From contig JBMOOP010000110.1 of NCBI GenBank assembly GCA_049324495.1, forward strand, positions 26,027 to 90,026: a stretch of DNA of 64,000 bases, given 5' to 3'. A program made the position numbers and the translations under genes. The DNA is from Pseudomonadota bacterium (GTDB taxonomy: Bacteria > Pseudomonadota > Gammaproteobacteria > Pseudomonadales > JADFDG01). Shown piece after piece: positions 42,015 to 51,250 of this stretch (position 1 is its first letter; each line of letters begins with the position of its first letter). Below the pieces are notes generated by a model. The model was not told where the DNA came from. It saw nothing but the letters and a program-made list of their open reading frames with translations, and did not search any database.

Positions 42015-43337
42015 ATGTCGCACATGGACTGGAATAACCTGCTCAACCGTACCCGCTATCGTTCCAGTGATGAAGCGCAGGATGAGTTGGGCCGTTCGCC
42101 GTTCCACAAGGATCACGACAAGATCGTTTTTTCCGACGCGTTTCGTCGTCTGGGGCGAAAAACACAGGTGCATCCGCTCTCGCGCAACGATCATGTGCAT
42201 ACGCGGCTAACGCATTCTCTTGAGGCGAGTTGTGTTGGCCGTTCGCTCGGCATGCGTGTGGGCGAGTTGATGCGCATGGAGCTTCCCGGCGCACTGCCGG
42301 AATGGACGGGCCCCGCCGATCTGGGTGCCATCGTGCAGGCAGCGTGCCTCGCCCACGACATCGGCAACCCGCCGTTCGGCCACGCCGGTGAATATGCGAT
42401 CCGCGACTGGTTTCACAGCGCCGATGCACGCAGCCTGCTGGTGGCGTTGTCCGCCGAGGAGAAGAAGGATCTGCTGAATTTCGAGGGCAATGCCCAGGGT
42501 TTCCGCATGGTGACCCAGATCGAATACAACCAGTTCGAAGGCGGTATGCGGCTTACCTGCGCCACGCTCGGTGCGCTGATGAAGTACCCGTACAGCTCGC
42601 GGCATGTCGATCACGGCAAATACGGCGTCTGTCACACCGAGCTGCATATTTTGCGCGATGTTGCGCAGAAGCTCGGCCTGCTACAAATCGCTGACGAAAA
42701 ATGGTGCCGCCACCCGCTGGCATATCTCACCGAAGCGGCTGACGACATCTGTTATGCAATCATTGATCTTGAGGACGGCAACGAGATGGACATCCTTGAC
42801 TACGAGGATGTTGAACCGATCTTTCAGCTGCTTTCCGACAACGAGCGGCCGGCAGCGGTGGATAAATATTCAGATCGCCGTCGCCTTGCAGCCTGGCGCG
42901 GCAAGGTGGTGGAGCGGTTGGTGACGGAAGTCTCGAACGTGTTCGTGCGGCAGCAGGCGGAATTGTTGCGCGGTGCGCTTGATGGCGACCTGATCGACTA
43001 CTGCCATCCGAATGTGCGCGACGGTATTCGGGCCGCCAAGCAGCTTGCGCGCGAGAAGATTTTCAACAATCACCGCAAAACCCAGATCGAAATCGGCGCG
43101 TTCTCGACCATTGCCGTGTTGCTTGAGGCGTATTCCGGAGCAATCCACGAACTGCATGCGCGTGGCGATTCGAATTTCCGCAATCGCAAGTTGCTGGGGC
43201 TGATCGCGAACAACCAGCCGTCGGCAGCGGAATCGATGTATTTGTCGTATATGCGTGTTGTCGATTTCATCGCCGGCATGACCGACAACTATGCGATCGG
43301 CCTTGCGCACCAGATTACCGGCAACCGGTACGACTGA
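42015..43337 (+). CDS. dgt: dGTPase-family HD-domain triphosphohydrolase
   Basis: RSPFHKDHDKIVFSDAFRRLGRKTQV, HTRLTHSLE, CLAHDIGNPPFGH. GAGGAG RBS before ATG 42015. Confidence 0.88.
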   Translation: MSHMDWNNLLNRTRYRSSDEAQDELGRSPFHKDHDKIVFSDAFRRLGRKTQVHPLSRNDHVHTRLTHSLEASCVGRSLGMRVGELMRMELPGALPEWTGPADLGAIVQAACLAHDIGNPPFGHAGEYAIRDWFHSADARSLLVALSAEEKKDLLNFEGNAQGFRMVTQIEYNQFEGGMRLTCATLGALMKYPYSSRHVDHGKYGVCHTELHILRDVAQKLGLLQIADEKWCRHPLAYLTEAADDICYAIIDLEDGNEMDILDYEDVEPIFQLLSDNERPAAVDKYSDRRRLAAWRGKVVERLVTEVSNVFVRQQAELLRGALDGDLIDYCHPNVRDGIRAAKQLAREKIFNNHRKTQIEIGAFSTIAVLLEAYSGAIHELHARGDSNFRNRKLLGLIANNQPSAAESMYLSYMRVVDFIAGMTDNYAIGLAHQITGNRYD

Positions 43338-43368
43338 GCGTTGCCAGCCCCAGCCGTACCCGTCTGGT

Positions 43369-43464
43369 TCAACCCTTCTTGGCGGCCTTGTCGGCCCGCT
43401 TTTCTTTCAGGGTTTTTTCAGGTTTTTTCTTGGTTTCCTTCCGCTTTTCCATACCCTTTGCCAT
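43369..43464 (-). CDS. candidate 31-aa lysine-rich micro-protein
   Basis: MAKGMEKRKETKKKPEKTLKEKRADKAAKKG. GAGGAG lies 8 nt upstream of the ATG. Sits 58 nt downstream of the 43523 gene on the same strand. Too short to appear in the ORF track. Confidence 0.4.
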   Translation of the reverse strand: MAKGMEKRKETKKKPEKTLKEKRADKAAKKG

Positions 43465-43522
43465 GGCGCGCACTCCTCGTGGTTAATGATCTGTGGGGCC
43501 CTTCATCATGCCATCTTGCGGC

Positions 43523-44506
43523 TCACCAGGTGAGTGGTTTGTCGCTTGATCCCGGGGTTATCGCCGGTGCGGCAGTTGGTGCGGCAGGCATTGCATCTGC
43601 CGGTTCTGCCTCCTGCGCCAGCGCTGCGCCGGCCACCTGCCTGGCCAGTGCGGTGAACAATTCGCCGGCCTCGAAGTCGTTGCGTTTGGTCCACGAATAG
43701 CGGTTCTTCTCCTTGCGCTGGTTGTCGAAAGCAACGTTGCCGGCAGCCAGCAGCTTGCCGGTGGCCGCTTCCACCATGCGCCAGGTGAGGCGAATTTCGT
43801 CGGTCTTCTTCGGCTTGCTGCCGTAGGCGCCCGGTTCGGCTTCGGTACGCGCTTCCTGCACGCGCCCAACCATCAGGAAATCCGCGCCGACCGAGGCGCC
43901 GAGTTTGGTGAGCTCTTCCGGTGCGGCATCGGCGCCGAGTACTGCTTTTTCGAGACCCAGCTCGGCAAAGAAATCGCGGTTCACTACCACCACGCCCTGT
44001 TGCGTGCTTATCTGGGTCACCAGATGATCGGCGAGGCGCTGCGAAAATGCCATCGCGTCGCCATGATCGGCGAGGCGATAGCTGTCGAGTGTTACGCGGA
44101 ACGGCAGCACTGCAATGCGTTTTTTCCCCGCGTCGCTGATCGCCGATTCAAAGCTTGGCACCAGAGCGCGGATGCGCACATAAACGCTTTTGTCCGTCGC
44201 GCGCTGCTCCAGTACCTGATAGCTGCGCACAAAACCGCGCGACTCGGTGTAGACATCCTGCACAGGTTTTGTGGTCTTCTCGATGACCGTGCCGTCGGCA
44301 CCGGCAACAATCGCCAGCGTCTCCTCGACGCTGCGGTCGACACCGGCGGCCGAACCGCGCACCTGGCGCACCGCTTCCACCAGCGCATTGGTCACGGCTT
44401 CCTGCTGGGTTGCGCCGTAGCCTTCCGTTTCCCGGGTAACATCATTCGTTGCCGCGAATGCGGCGGATGACAGCGTCACCAGTACCAGCAACAATGCATG
44501 CCACAT
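43523..44506 (-). CDS. periplasmic LPP20-like / CsgG-FlgO-like two-domain protein
   Basis: Signal peptide MWHALLLVLVTLSSAAFA. N-terminal GYGATQQEAVTNALVEAVRQV (LPP20-like). Central KKRIAVLPFRV...FLMVGRV (CsgG/LpoB-like fold signature). Confidence 0.55.
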   Translation of the reverse strand: MWHALLLVLVTLSSAAFAATNDVTRETEGYGATQQEAVTNALVEAVRQVRGSAAGVDRSVEETLAIVAGADGTVIEKTTKPVQDVYTESRGFVRSYQVLEQRATDKSVYVRIRALVPSFESAISDAGKKRIAVLPFRVTLDSYRLADHGDAMAFSQRLADHLVTQISTQQGVVVVNRDFFAELGLEKAVLGADAAPEELTKLGASVGADFLMVGRVQEARTEAEPGAYGSKPKKTDEIRLTWRMVEAATGKLLAAGNVAFDNQRKEKNRYSWTKRNDFEAGELFTALARQVAGAALAQEAEPADAMPAAPTAAPAITPGSSDKPLTW

Positions 44507-44558
44507 GGCGGCATCCTCCCTGTGTCGATCAGGCGGGCGAGCGATTTGCGGATGCCAA

Positions 44559-45164
44559 CTACATGCCCAGCAGTGACTTGCTCTTGGTCTTGCGAATTTC
44601 CTTCTCGCCCTGCCACTCGACGATGCCGCTCTGCAGGTGCATCAATTTCAGGGTGAACTTGTAATACACATCCCGGGTTTTACCGGCCTGCTTGACGATG
44701 CTCGACAGGTTGCCATACAGCATGTATTCGGCGCCGATCTGCTGACCGATCTTCACCGCAGTTTTGGCGTCGACATTGCCGGATTCCTGCTGGAAGTCGA
44801 GTTGCTCCTGCACCTGCTTCACGGCTGTCATGTCAACGAAACGGAACTTGCCGGAGTTGATCACCTTGGTCTGGATGGTGTCGGTAATCGATTCGGTATC
44901 AATGTGTTCGGTCGTCTTGTTCTTGACCTTGTCGACAAAAATGACCGGGCGACGCTGCGCCGTTACTTGTACAACCGGCGGGAAAGCCAGCATGTCGTCG
45001 GTCATTTTGCCGGCGATCATCTGCAGGTCGGTGGAGCCGAAATCGGTGTTGACGGTTTCAACCGCCTGGGCGTCACCGTAGGCGACCTTGTTGGCGCAAC
45101 CGGTGAGCAAACCGGTACTGATGAGTGTGGCACCGACCAGCGTGGTGACGAAAATGCGCTTCAT
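44559..45164 (-). CDS. lpoB: penicillin-binding-protein activator LpoB-like lipoprotein
   Basis: Lipobox LLTGC. RPVIFVDKVKNKTTEHIDTESITDTIQTKVINSGKFRFVD resembles the LpoB/YcfM core. Confidence 0.75.
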   Translation of the reverse strand: MKRIFVTTLVGATLISTGLLTGCANKVAYGDAQAVETVNTDFGSTDLQMIAGKMTDDMLAFPPVVQVTAQRRPVIFVDKVKNKTTEHIDTESITDTIQTKVINSGKFRFVDMTAVKQVQEQLDFQQESGNVDAKTAVKIGQQIGAEYMLYGNLSSIVKQAGKTRDVYYKFTLKLMHLQSGIVEWQGEKEIRKTKSKSLLGM

Positions 45165-45203
45165 GTTCTTTCTCCTTGTGGGTAAGCGACCGACAGTCGT
45201 GGC

Positions 45204-45608
45204 TTAGGGTTTTTCCTGCAGGAACAGCTTGAACGTGGCGGCGGTGGGATTCGGGGCCAGCGCCTGCAGCGATTTTGTTTCATGCGCCATGATGGCAACC
45301 GGGGTCCAGCCGGTGCTGTCCGGGTTGAGCTCCATGCCGTTGGCGTCATACCACTTGAATCGGTACTCGAAGGTATAGCTGAAGTTGGAGTCGTTCTGCA
45401 GTTCGACGCTGGCCCTGGCCAGATCGCCGGCCCTGGCGGTGACGACCTTGAGCACGTCGAGGCGATCCTTGGTGTCGCCGGCGGTAATCACCTGGTATTT
45501 CACCGGGTCGTCGTCGCCGGCCGACACGGACTTGAGCCCGCTGCAGCCGACGGTGAGGGCGACCATGATCGTGGTGAGAATCGTAGCGAGAAATGCACGG
45601 TATTTCAT
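45204..45608 (-). CDS. ycfL: YcfL-family (DUF1425) lipoprotein
   Basis: Lipobox LTVGC. YRFKWYDANGMEL motif typical of YcfL. Confidence 0.75.
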   Translation of the reverse strand: MKYRAFLATILTTIMVALTVGCSGLKSVSAGDDDPVKYQVITAGDTKDRLDVLKVVTARAGDLARASVELQNDSNFSYTFEYRFKWYDANGMELNPDSTGWTPVAIMAHETKSLQALAPNPTAATFKLFLQEKP

Positions 45609-45626
45609 GGGGTTACTCTCCTTGGG

Positions 45627-46994
45627 TCATAGCGCATACGTCTGGGTGGTCAGCCGCCCGTTCGCTTCGACAACACGGACGATAGTCGTTCTCCCGGCGC
45701 GAACGGCCACCGGCAGTGACAGGCTGCCGGTGGCACCGACAAATTCCAGCGACCGGTTGCCGGCCGGCAGCGCCAGGCGCACGCCCTGGGCATTGGCCGG
45801 CAGCGTCAGCCAACTGCGCAGGTCGGCCTGCTCGGAGACCAGGTTATAGATGTTGGCAGCAAACTGTCCGAGCACTCCGCCCTGTTTGGCCGCCTGTTTC
45901 TGGATTTCATACTTGGAGCGGGCACGCAGGATTTGGCGCACCAGCATGGCGGGCACCTGCTCCCTGAGCGCTTTCATGGCCAGCGCGCCGGTGTCCACCA
46001 GCAGCGCAGTCGTAGCGAGCGTGTTGTCGTCGCTGCGCACGGTCAGGGGCGTCGGCGGTGCGTAGTCGAGGCCGTCGTAAATGGGGAACTGGATGCTGAA
46101 CACCCCGCCGTCCATGGTTGGAATGGGCAGGCCGACCGGCTTTTTGGCCGGCACAAAGCCCTGCTCGAACAGCACCACGACGCTGCCCGTCGGCGGCGAT
46201 GCCGACGTGGTTTTCGCCGCCCGCCCGTCGAAATACTGGTTGGCACGGATCACATCGTCGCGCAGGACTGCGTTGTCCGGTGCGAGTTCGAGGGCCTTTT
46301 TGTAATCGACCAGCGCGTCGTTGTACTCATCGAGTGCTTCCCAGATGACTGCCGAGGTATAGAACGTGTAGCCGTTCTGGAAGGAGTTCTTCAGGCGACC
46401 GGCGATTGAGTCCATGCCGGTGAAATAGTTGTCGAACTCGCTGACGAAGATATTGTTCTGTGTTGCTTCGCCCTGCGCCTTGGCGATCTCGTCGGCGTAC
46501 TTCAGTTCGAGCTCGCGCTGCATCTGTTGCGCCCGGCGCAGCTCGACGGCGGCACCCTGCACATCGCCCAGGCCGAGATAATTGAACGCCTGGAACTGAT
46601 GCGCCATCACCCGCTCGTAAGCGTAGCCCTGGTAGGGAATGGCGTTATCGTTGGTGAGCAGCGCGCTGCCGGTGGCGCCGGCGCCACTGAGCGACAGTGC
46701 GGCCTTGTCGGCCACCGCCTCGAAGCCGGCGATGACGGTCTCGAAATCCTGTTTGCTGGTCGCGTAGTCGCCCTGCAGTTGCGCGAGGCGGGCGCGCTCC
46801 ATCAGGTACAGCATGCGATCGGCGTTGGCGCGTTTCGCATCCAGTTTCGCCATCACCGTTGCGGTATCGGCACCGCCCGGTGTGGCCTGCCGAAATGCCT
46901 GCGCCTGGTTCGGGTAGGGGTTGAACACGCTCGTTGCCGCGCAGCCTGACAGCAGGAGCGCGGTGACGGCGGCGAGCAGCGGGCGCAGCGGCAC
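45627..46994 (-). CDS. TPR-containing lipoprotein (COG3014-like)
   Basis: Lipobox LLLSGC. Helical repeat region (YERVMAHQFQAFNYLGLGDVQGAAVELRRAQ...ALVDYKKALELAPDN). Confidence 0.65.
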   Translation of the reverse strand: MPLRPLLAAVTALLLSGCAATSVFNPYPNQAQAFRQATPGGADTATVMAKLDAKRANADRMLYLMERARLAQLQGDYATSKQDFETVIAGFEAVADKAALSLSGAGATGSALLTNDNAIPYQGYAYERVMAHQFQAFNYLGLGDVQGAAVELRRAQQMQRELELKYADEIAKAQGEATQNNIFVSEFDNYFTGMDSIAGRLKNSFQNGYTFYTSAVIWEALDEYNDALVDYKKALELAPDNAVLRDDVIRANQYFDGRAAKTTSASPPTGSVVVLFEQGFVPAKKPVGLPIPTMDGGVFSIQFPIYDGLDYAPPTPLTVRSDDNTLATTALLVDTGALAMKALREQVPAMLVRQILRARSKYEIQKQAAKQGGVLGQFAANIYNLVSEQADLRSWLTLPANAQGVRLALPAGNRSLEFVGATGSLSLPVAVRAGRTTIVRVVEANGRLTTQTYAL

Positions 46995-47020
46995 AGACTG
47001 TCTTTGCGGTCGGTGTGCGA

Positions 47021-47602
47021 TCAGAACCGGAAGCCAAGACCGACGCGCGGGCCGGCGATGGTGGCGTTGTACGATATGCCCGTATTGCCTTCCATGTCAC
47101 CGTCGAACAGCGAAACGTAGCCGGCATCGGCGAAGAAATGGTCAGCCAGGCGGAACTGCAGACCGGCGCCCCAGGTGACACCCTTGCCGTCGATGTCATC
47201 GATATTCGAGAGCACTTCCGCCGTGCCATAGCCGAGATAGGCATAGCCGGCGACATAGTGATTGAACTCCGCTTGCGCGCCGAGGTTGAAGTTCAGCGCG
47301 GTGCCGAGTTTGGCGTCAAGACCCGATGCGTTGTCGCTGTTGAGCGAGGTGGCGAGGCCGGCGCCGACCCAGAAATTGCTGCCAACCGGCTGACGGATTT
47401 CCAGGGTGAGGCCGTCCGGGCTGGCCGAACCGCTGCCGCTGAGCGAGGGTGACGATGCGTCGGCGTCCGGTGCGTAGATGCTGCCGATGATCGATGGGCC
47501 GGCGCCGGCAGGAGCACTCAGGAGGCCGGCACCCAAGGCGGTGCCCAGGACGAACAAGGGCAGGGCGCGGATCTTCGTGGTGCGGGTCATGGCACAGGTC
47601 AT
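47021..47602 (-). CDS. small outer-membrane beta-barrel protein
   Basis: GGGAGAA RBS before ATG 47602. Signal peptide ...LLSAPAGA. C-terminal GLGFRF. Confidence 0.7.
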   Translation of the reverse strand: MTCAMTRTTKIRALPLFVLGTALGAGLLSAPAGAGPSIIGSIYAPDADASSPSLSGSGSASPDGLTLEIRQPVGSNFWVGAGLATSLNSDNASGLDAKLGTALNFNLGAQAEFNHYVAGYAYLGYGTAEVLSNIDDIDGKGVTWGAGLQFRLADHFFADAGYVSLFDGDMEGNTGISYNATIAGPRVGLGFRF

Positions 47603-47657
47603 GGTGTTGTTCTCCCTAACATGGACAACGAACCCGTCCGGGAGGACGGAGTATGGG

Positions 47658-48887
47658 TTAGAACAGTACGCGGGTACGGATGGTTCCCTCAATGGTCGAG
47701 AGTTTTTCCAGAGCGAGCTTGCTGTACTCGGCTTCAACGTCGATCACCACATAGCCGATATTGGCGTTGGTCATCAGGTACTGGCCGGAGATGTTGATCT
47801 TGTTGTCGGAGAAGACGTTGTTGATCTTCGACAGCACGCCCGGGACATTCTTGTGGATGTGCATCAGGCGGTGCGCGCCCGGGTGCGGCGGCAGGGCGAC
47901 TTCCGGGAAATTGACCGCCGACAGCGTCGAGCCGATGTCGCTGTAGCGGATGAATTTCTCGGAGACCTCCAGGCCGATATTGGCCTGTGCTTCTGCCGTC
48001 GAGCCGCCGATGTGTGGCGTCAGGATGACATTGTCGAATTTGCGCAGCGGCGACATGAACTCTTCGTCATTCGCTTTCGGTTCCACCGGGAACACGTCGA
48101 AGGCAGCGCCGACCAGGCGCAACTCGGCGAGTGCCTCGCAGGCGGCGTCGATATCGACGCAGGTACCGCGCGCGGCGTTGATGAAAATCGAACCGAACTT
48201 CATTTTGCGGAACTGCGCCTGGCCCATCATGTTCTGTGTGCTCGGCAGCTCCGGCACATGCAGGGTGACGACATCGGCGGTTTCCAGCAGCTCGTCCAGC
48301 GAGTTAACCTGTACCGCGTTGCCCAACGGCAGCTTGGTAACGACATCATGGAAGATGACCTTCATGCCGAGGCTTTCGGCCAGCACCGACAGCTGCGTAC
48401 CGATCGAGCCGTAACCGACGATGCCCAGGGTCTTGCCGCGCACTTCCCAGCTGTTTTCCGCCGATTTCACCCATACGCCACGGTGGGCGAGCGCATTTTT
48501 CTCGGGAATGCCGCGCAGCAGCAGAATGGCCTGGCCGAGCACCAGCTCGGCGACCGAGCGGGTATTGGAATAGGGCGCGTTGAACACCGGGATGCCGCGG
48601 ATCAGTGCCGCGTTGAGATCAATCTGGTTGGTGCCGATACAGAACGCGCCAACGCCGATCAGTTTGTGCGCCGCAGCGAATACGTCTTCGGTCAGGTTGG
48701 TGCGCGAACGGATACCGACGAAATGGGCATCGGCAATCGCCTTCTTCAGGTCGTCCCCGGCCAGCGCTTTCTTGTGGTACTCGATGTTGGTGTAGCCATT
48801 GCGCTTGAGGTTGTCGAGCGCGGTCTGGTGCACGCCTTCGAGCAACAGAAACTTGATACGGTCCTTTTCGAGGGACGTCTTCGACAT
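47658..48887 (-). CDS. serA: D-3-phosphoglycerate dehydrogenase with ACT domain
   Basis: KIKFLLLEGVHQTALDNLKRNGYTNIEYHKKAL, GIVGYGSIGTQ, 409 aa from ATG 48887. Confidence 0.93.
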   Translation of the reverse strand: MSKTSLEKDRIKFLLLEGVHQTALDNLKRNGYTNIEYHKKALAGDDLKKAIADAHFVGIRSRTNLTEDVFAAAHKLIGVGAFCIGTNQIDLNAALIRGIPVFNAPYSNTRSVAELVLGQAILLLRGIPEKNALAHRGVWVKSAENSWEVRGKTLGIVGYGSIGTQLSVLAESLGMKVIFHDVVTKLPLGNAVQVNSLDELLETADVVTLHVPELPSTQNMMGQAQFRKMKFGSIFINAARGTCVDIDAACEALAELRLVGAAFDVFPVEPKANDEEFMSPLRKFDNVILTPHIGGSTAEAQANIGLEVSEKFIRYSDIGSTLSAVNFPEVALPPHPGAHRLMHIHKNVPGVLSKINNVFSDNKINISGQYLMTNANIGYVVIDVEAEYSKLALEKLSTIEGTIRTRVLF

Positions 48888-48979
48888 CGGGGGAAATCTC
48901 CAGTGGGTACGGCCTTGAAAAAGGCTGCGCATGATACCATGCGCCCCCCGAATTCGATGATTTCCAAGGGCTTGCGATC

Positions 48980-50380
48980 GTGCCCAGCCTGACCCCCACC
49001 GACACACAGAGCCAGACCGCAGAGCTCTTCCGCTCGGCAGTGCGGCGCATCCTGACCGACGCCGAGAGTCTCCTGCGATACGGCCGCGACTGGACCCGTG
49101 CCCAGGATCCGGCGCCAGCGTGCATCCTGTTGCCGGCTTCGATCGAGGAAGTGCAGGCCATCGTCAAGCTGGCCAACCAGCACCGCATTGCGCTGGTGCC
49201 TTCCGGTGGTCGCACCGGCCTCTCCGGCGGCGCTGTCGCCGCCCATGGCGAAGTGGTAGTTGCCATGGATGCCATGAACAAAGTGCTCGGCTTCAATGCG
49301 CTGGATCGCAGCGTGCAGGTGCAGGCCGGTGTGGTGACACAACAACTGCAGCAGTTTGCCGAAACGCAGGGCCTGTATTACCCGGTCGATTTCGCCTCCG
49401 CAGGCTCCAGCCAGATCGGCGGCAACATCGCCACCAATGCCGGCGGCATCAAGGTGATCCGCTACGGCATGACCCGCAACTGGATCAGCGGTCTTAGGGT
49501 CGTTACCGGCAAGGGCGACGTGCTGGAATTGAACAAGGGTCTCGCCAAAAACGCCACCGGTTACGATCTGCGCCATCTTTTCATTGGCAGCGAAGGTACG
49601 CTCGGCATTATTTGCGAAGCGACCGTGCAATTGACGCGCCCGCCCGCGGGCTTGACGGTGCTGGTATTCGGGGTGCCGGATTTTTCTGCCGTGATGAACG
49701 TATTGCACGCTTATCAGGAAAAAATCGACCTCACCGCCTTTGAATTTTTTTCCGAGCAGGCGCTGCGCCATGTGCTTGCGCACGGCGTGCCGCGCCCGTT
49801 CACGGCGCAGGCGCCGCTCTATGTGCTGCTCGAATTCGAGAACGCAAGTGAGGCGGTGGAAAGCGATGCCATGGCGCTTTTCGAAGCCGGCGTTGAAAGG
49901 GGCTGGGTGCTCGATGGCGTTATGAGCCAGTCGGTGCAACAGCTCAAGGATTTGTGGGCGCTGCGCGAGCGCATCAGCGAGAGCATCTCGAAATACACGC
50001 CGTACAAGAACGACATCTCCGTTACCGTTGCCAACGTGCCGGCCTTCGTGAAGGAGGTCGATAACATCGTGCAGGCGAACTACCCGGATTTCGAGATTGT
50101 CTGGTTCGGCCATATCGGCGATGGCAACATGCACTTGAACATCCTCAAGCCCGAGGCGGTGACGCGTGATGATTTTCTTGCCAGGTGCAAGCACGTCAGT
50201 GGCTGGGTTTACGCTGCGGTGCAGAAGTACAGCGGCTCGATTTCGGCCGAGCACGGGCTGGGCAATATCAAGAAACCGTTTTTGCATTACACGCGGGGTG
50301 AAACGGAGCAAGCGTATTTGCGCGCTATCAGGGCGGCGTTTGATCCGAATGGGGTTATGAATCCGGGTAAGGTGATTTGA
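48980..50380 (+). CDS. FAD-linked oxidase (GlcD / D-2-hydroxyglutarate dehydrogenase-like)
   Basis: FAD-binding PCMH domain (ALVPSGGRTGLSGGAV). Divergent from serA, as for the D2HGDH gene in Pseudomonas. GTG start is inferred. Confidence 0.85.
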   Translation: MPSLTPTDTQSQTAELFRSAVRRILTDAESLLRYGRDWTRAQDPAPACILLPASIEEVQAIVKLANQHRIALVPSGGRTGLSGGAVAAHGEVVVAMDAMNKVLGFNALDRSVQVQAGVVTQQLQQFAETQGLYYPVDFASAGSSQIGGNIATNAGGIKVIRYGMTRNWISGLRVVTGKGDVLELNKGLAKNATGYDLRHLFIGSEGTLGIICEATVQLTRPPAGLTVLVFGVPDFSAVMNVLHAYQEKIDLTAFEFFSEQALRHVLAHGVPRPFTAQAPLYVLLEFENASEAVESDAMALFEAGVERGWVLDGVMSQSVQQLKDLWALRERISESISKYTPYKNDISVTVANVPAFVKEVDNIVQANYPDFEIVWFGHIGDGNMHLNILKPEAVTRDDFLARCKHVSGWVYAAVQKYSGSISAEHGLGNIKKPFLHYTRGETEQAYLRAIRAAFDPNGVMNPGKVI

Positions 50381-51250
50381 ATGGCCCCACCACCTTCCGC
50401 CCGCCCATCACCGGCAGGCGTCAACCCGCACGCGCAACAACCCACCTCGCTGGTGGCCTTGGCAGGCAGCCTGTGGCGCAATCGCCGGCTCATTGCACAG
50501 ATGACCCGGCGCGAAGTGGTGGGGCGCTACAAGGGTTCGGTGATGGGTCTGGCCTGGTCGTTCTTCAACCCGGTATTCATGCTGGCGGTGTACACCTTTG
50601 TTTTTTCCGTCGTCTTCAAGTCGCGCTGGGGCGTTGATGGCGATGAGAGCAAGATGCAGTTCGCTGTCGTGCTGTTTGTCGGCATGATCGTGCACGGTTT
50701 TTTTGCCGAAGTGCTCAACAGGGCACCAGGCCTGGTTCTATCCAACGTCAACTACGTCAAGAAAGTCGTGTTCCCGTTAGAGATACTGCCGGTCATTGCC
50801 ATGGGCGCGGCCTTGTTCCACAGCCTGATCAGTCTTGGCGTGTTGCTGTTCGCCTTTGTGATATTCAACGGTTACGTTCCCTGGACGGTGGTCTTGACGC
50901 CGCTGGTGCTGCTGCCGCTGGTCATCCTCACCCTGGGTTTCGCCTGGATGCTCGCCTCCCTCGGTGTATTTTTGCGCGATGTCGGCCAGACCATCGGCAT
51001 CATCACCATGGTCATGATGTTTCTGGCGCCGGTTTTTTACCCGGTTACGGCGCTGTCGGAAGAATTCCGGCCCTGGATCATGGCCAATCCGCTGACCTTC
51101 ATCATCGAGCAGGCCCGCGAGGTGCTGATCTGGGGGCGTATGCCGAACTGGTTGGGTTTGGGCGCCTATCTGGCGATGGCGATGGCGATGGCGTGGGCGG
51201 GTTACGCCTGGTTCCAGAAAACCAGGAAAGGGTTTGCCGATGTCCTCTGA
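50381..51250 (+). CDS. wzm: ABC-2 type polysaccharide export permease
   Basis: RREVVGRYKGSVMGLAWSFFNP signature, six TM helices. ATG directly abuts the upstream TGA. Confidence 0.88.
   Translation: MAPPPSARPSPAGVNPHAQQPTSLVALAGSLWRNRRLIAQMTRREVVGRYKGSVMGLAWSFFNPVFMLAVYTFVFSVVFKSRWGVDGDESKMQFAVVLFVGMIVHGFFAEVLNRAPGLVLSNVNYVKKVVFPLEILPVIAMGAALFHSLISLGVLLFAFVIFNGYVPWTVVLTPLVLLPLVILTLGFAWMLASLGVFLRDVGQTIGIITMVMMFLAPVFYPVTALSEEFRPWIMANPLTFIIEQAREVLIWGRMPNWLGLGAYLAMAMAMAWAGYAWFQKTRKGFADVL

Noticed and set aside
43341-43700. 119-aa plus-strand ORF across the dgt-downstream gap
   Set aside because: It overlaps the minus-strand 43523 gene and the RBS-supported micro-ORF, with proline/serine-rich nonsense composition.
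47478-48992. 504-aa ORF antisense to serA
   Set aside because: serA on the minus strand is unambiguous. This is a shadow ORF.
48746-50311. 521-aa ORF antisense to the FAD-oxidase gene
   Set aside because: The plus-strand product has a clear FAD-binding domain. The antisense product has no recognisable features.
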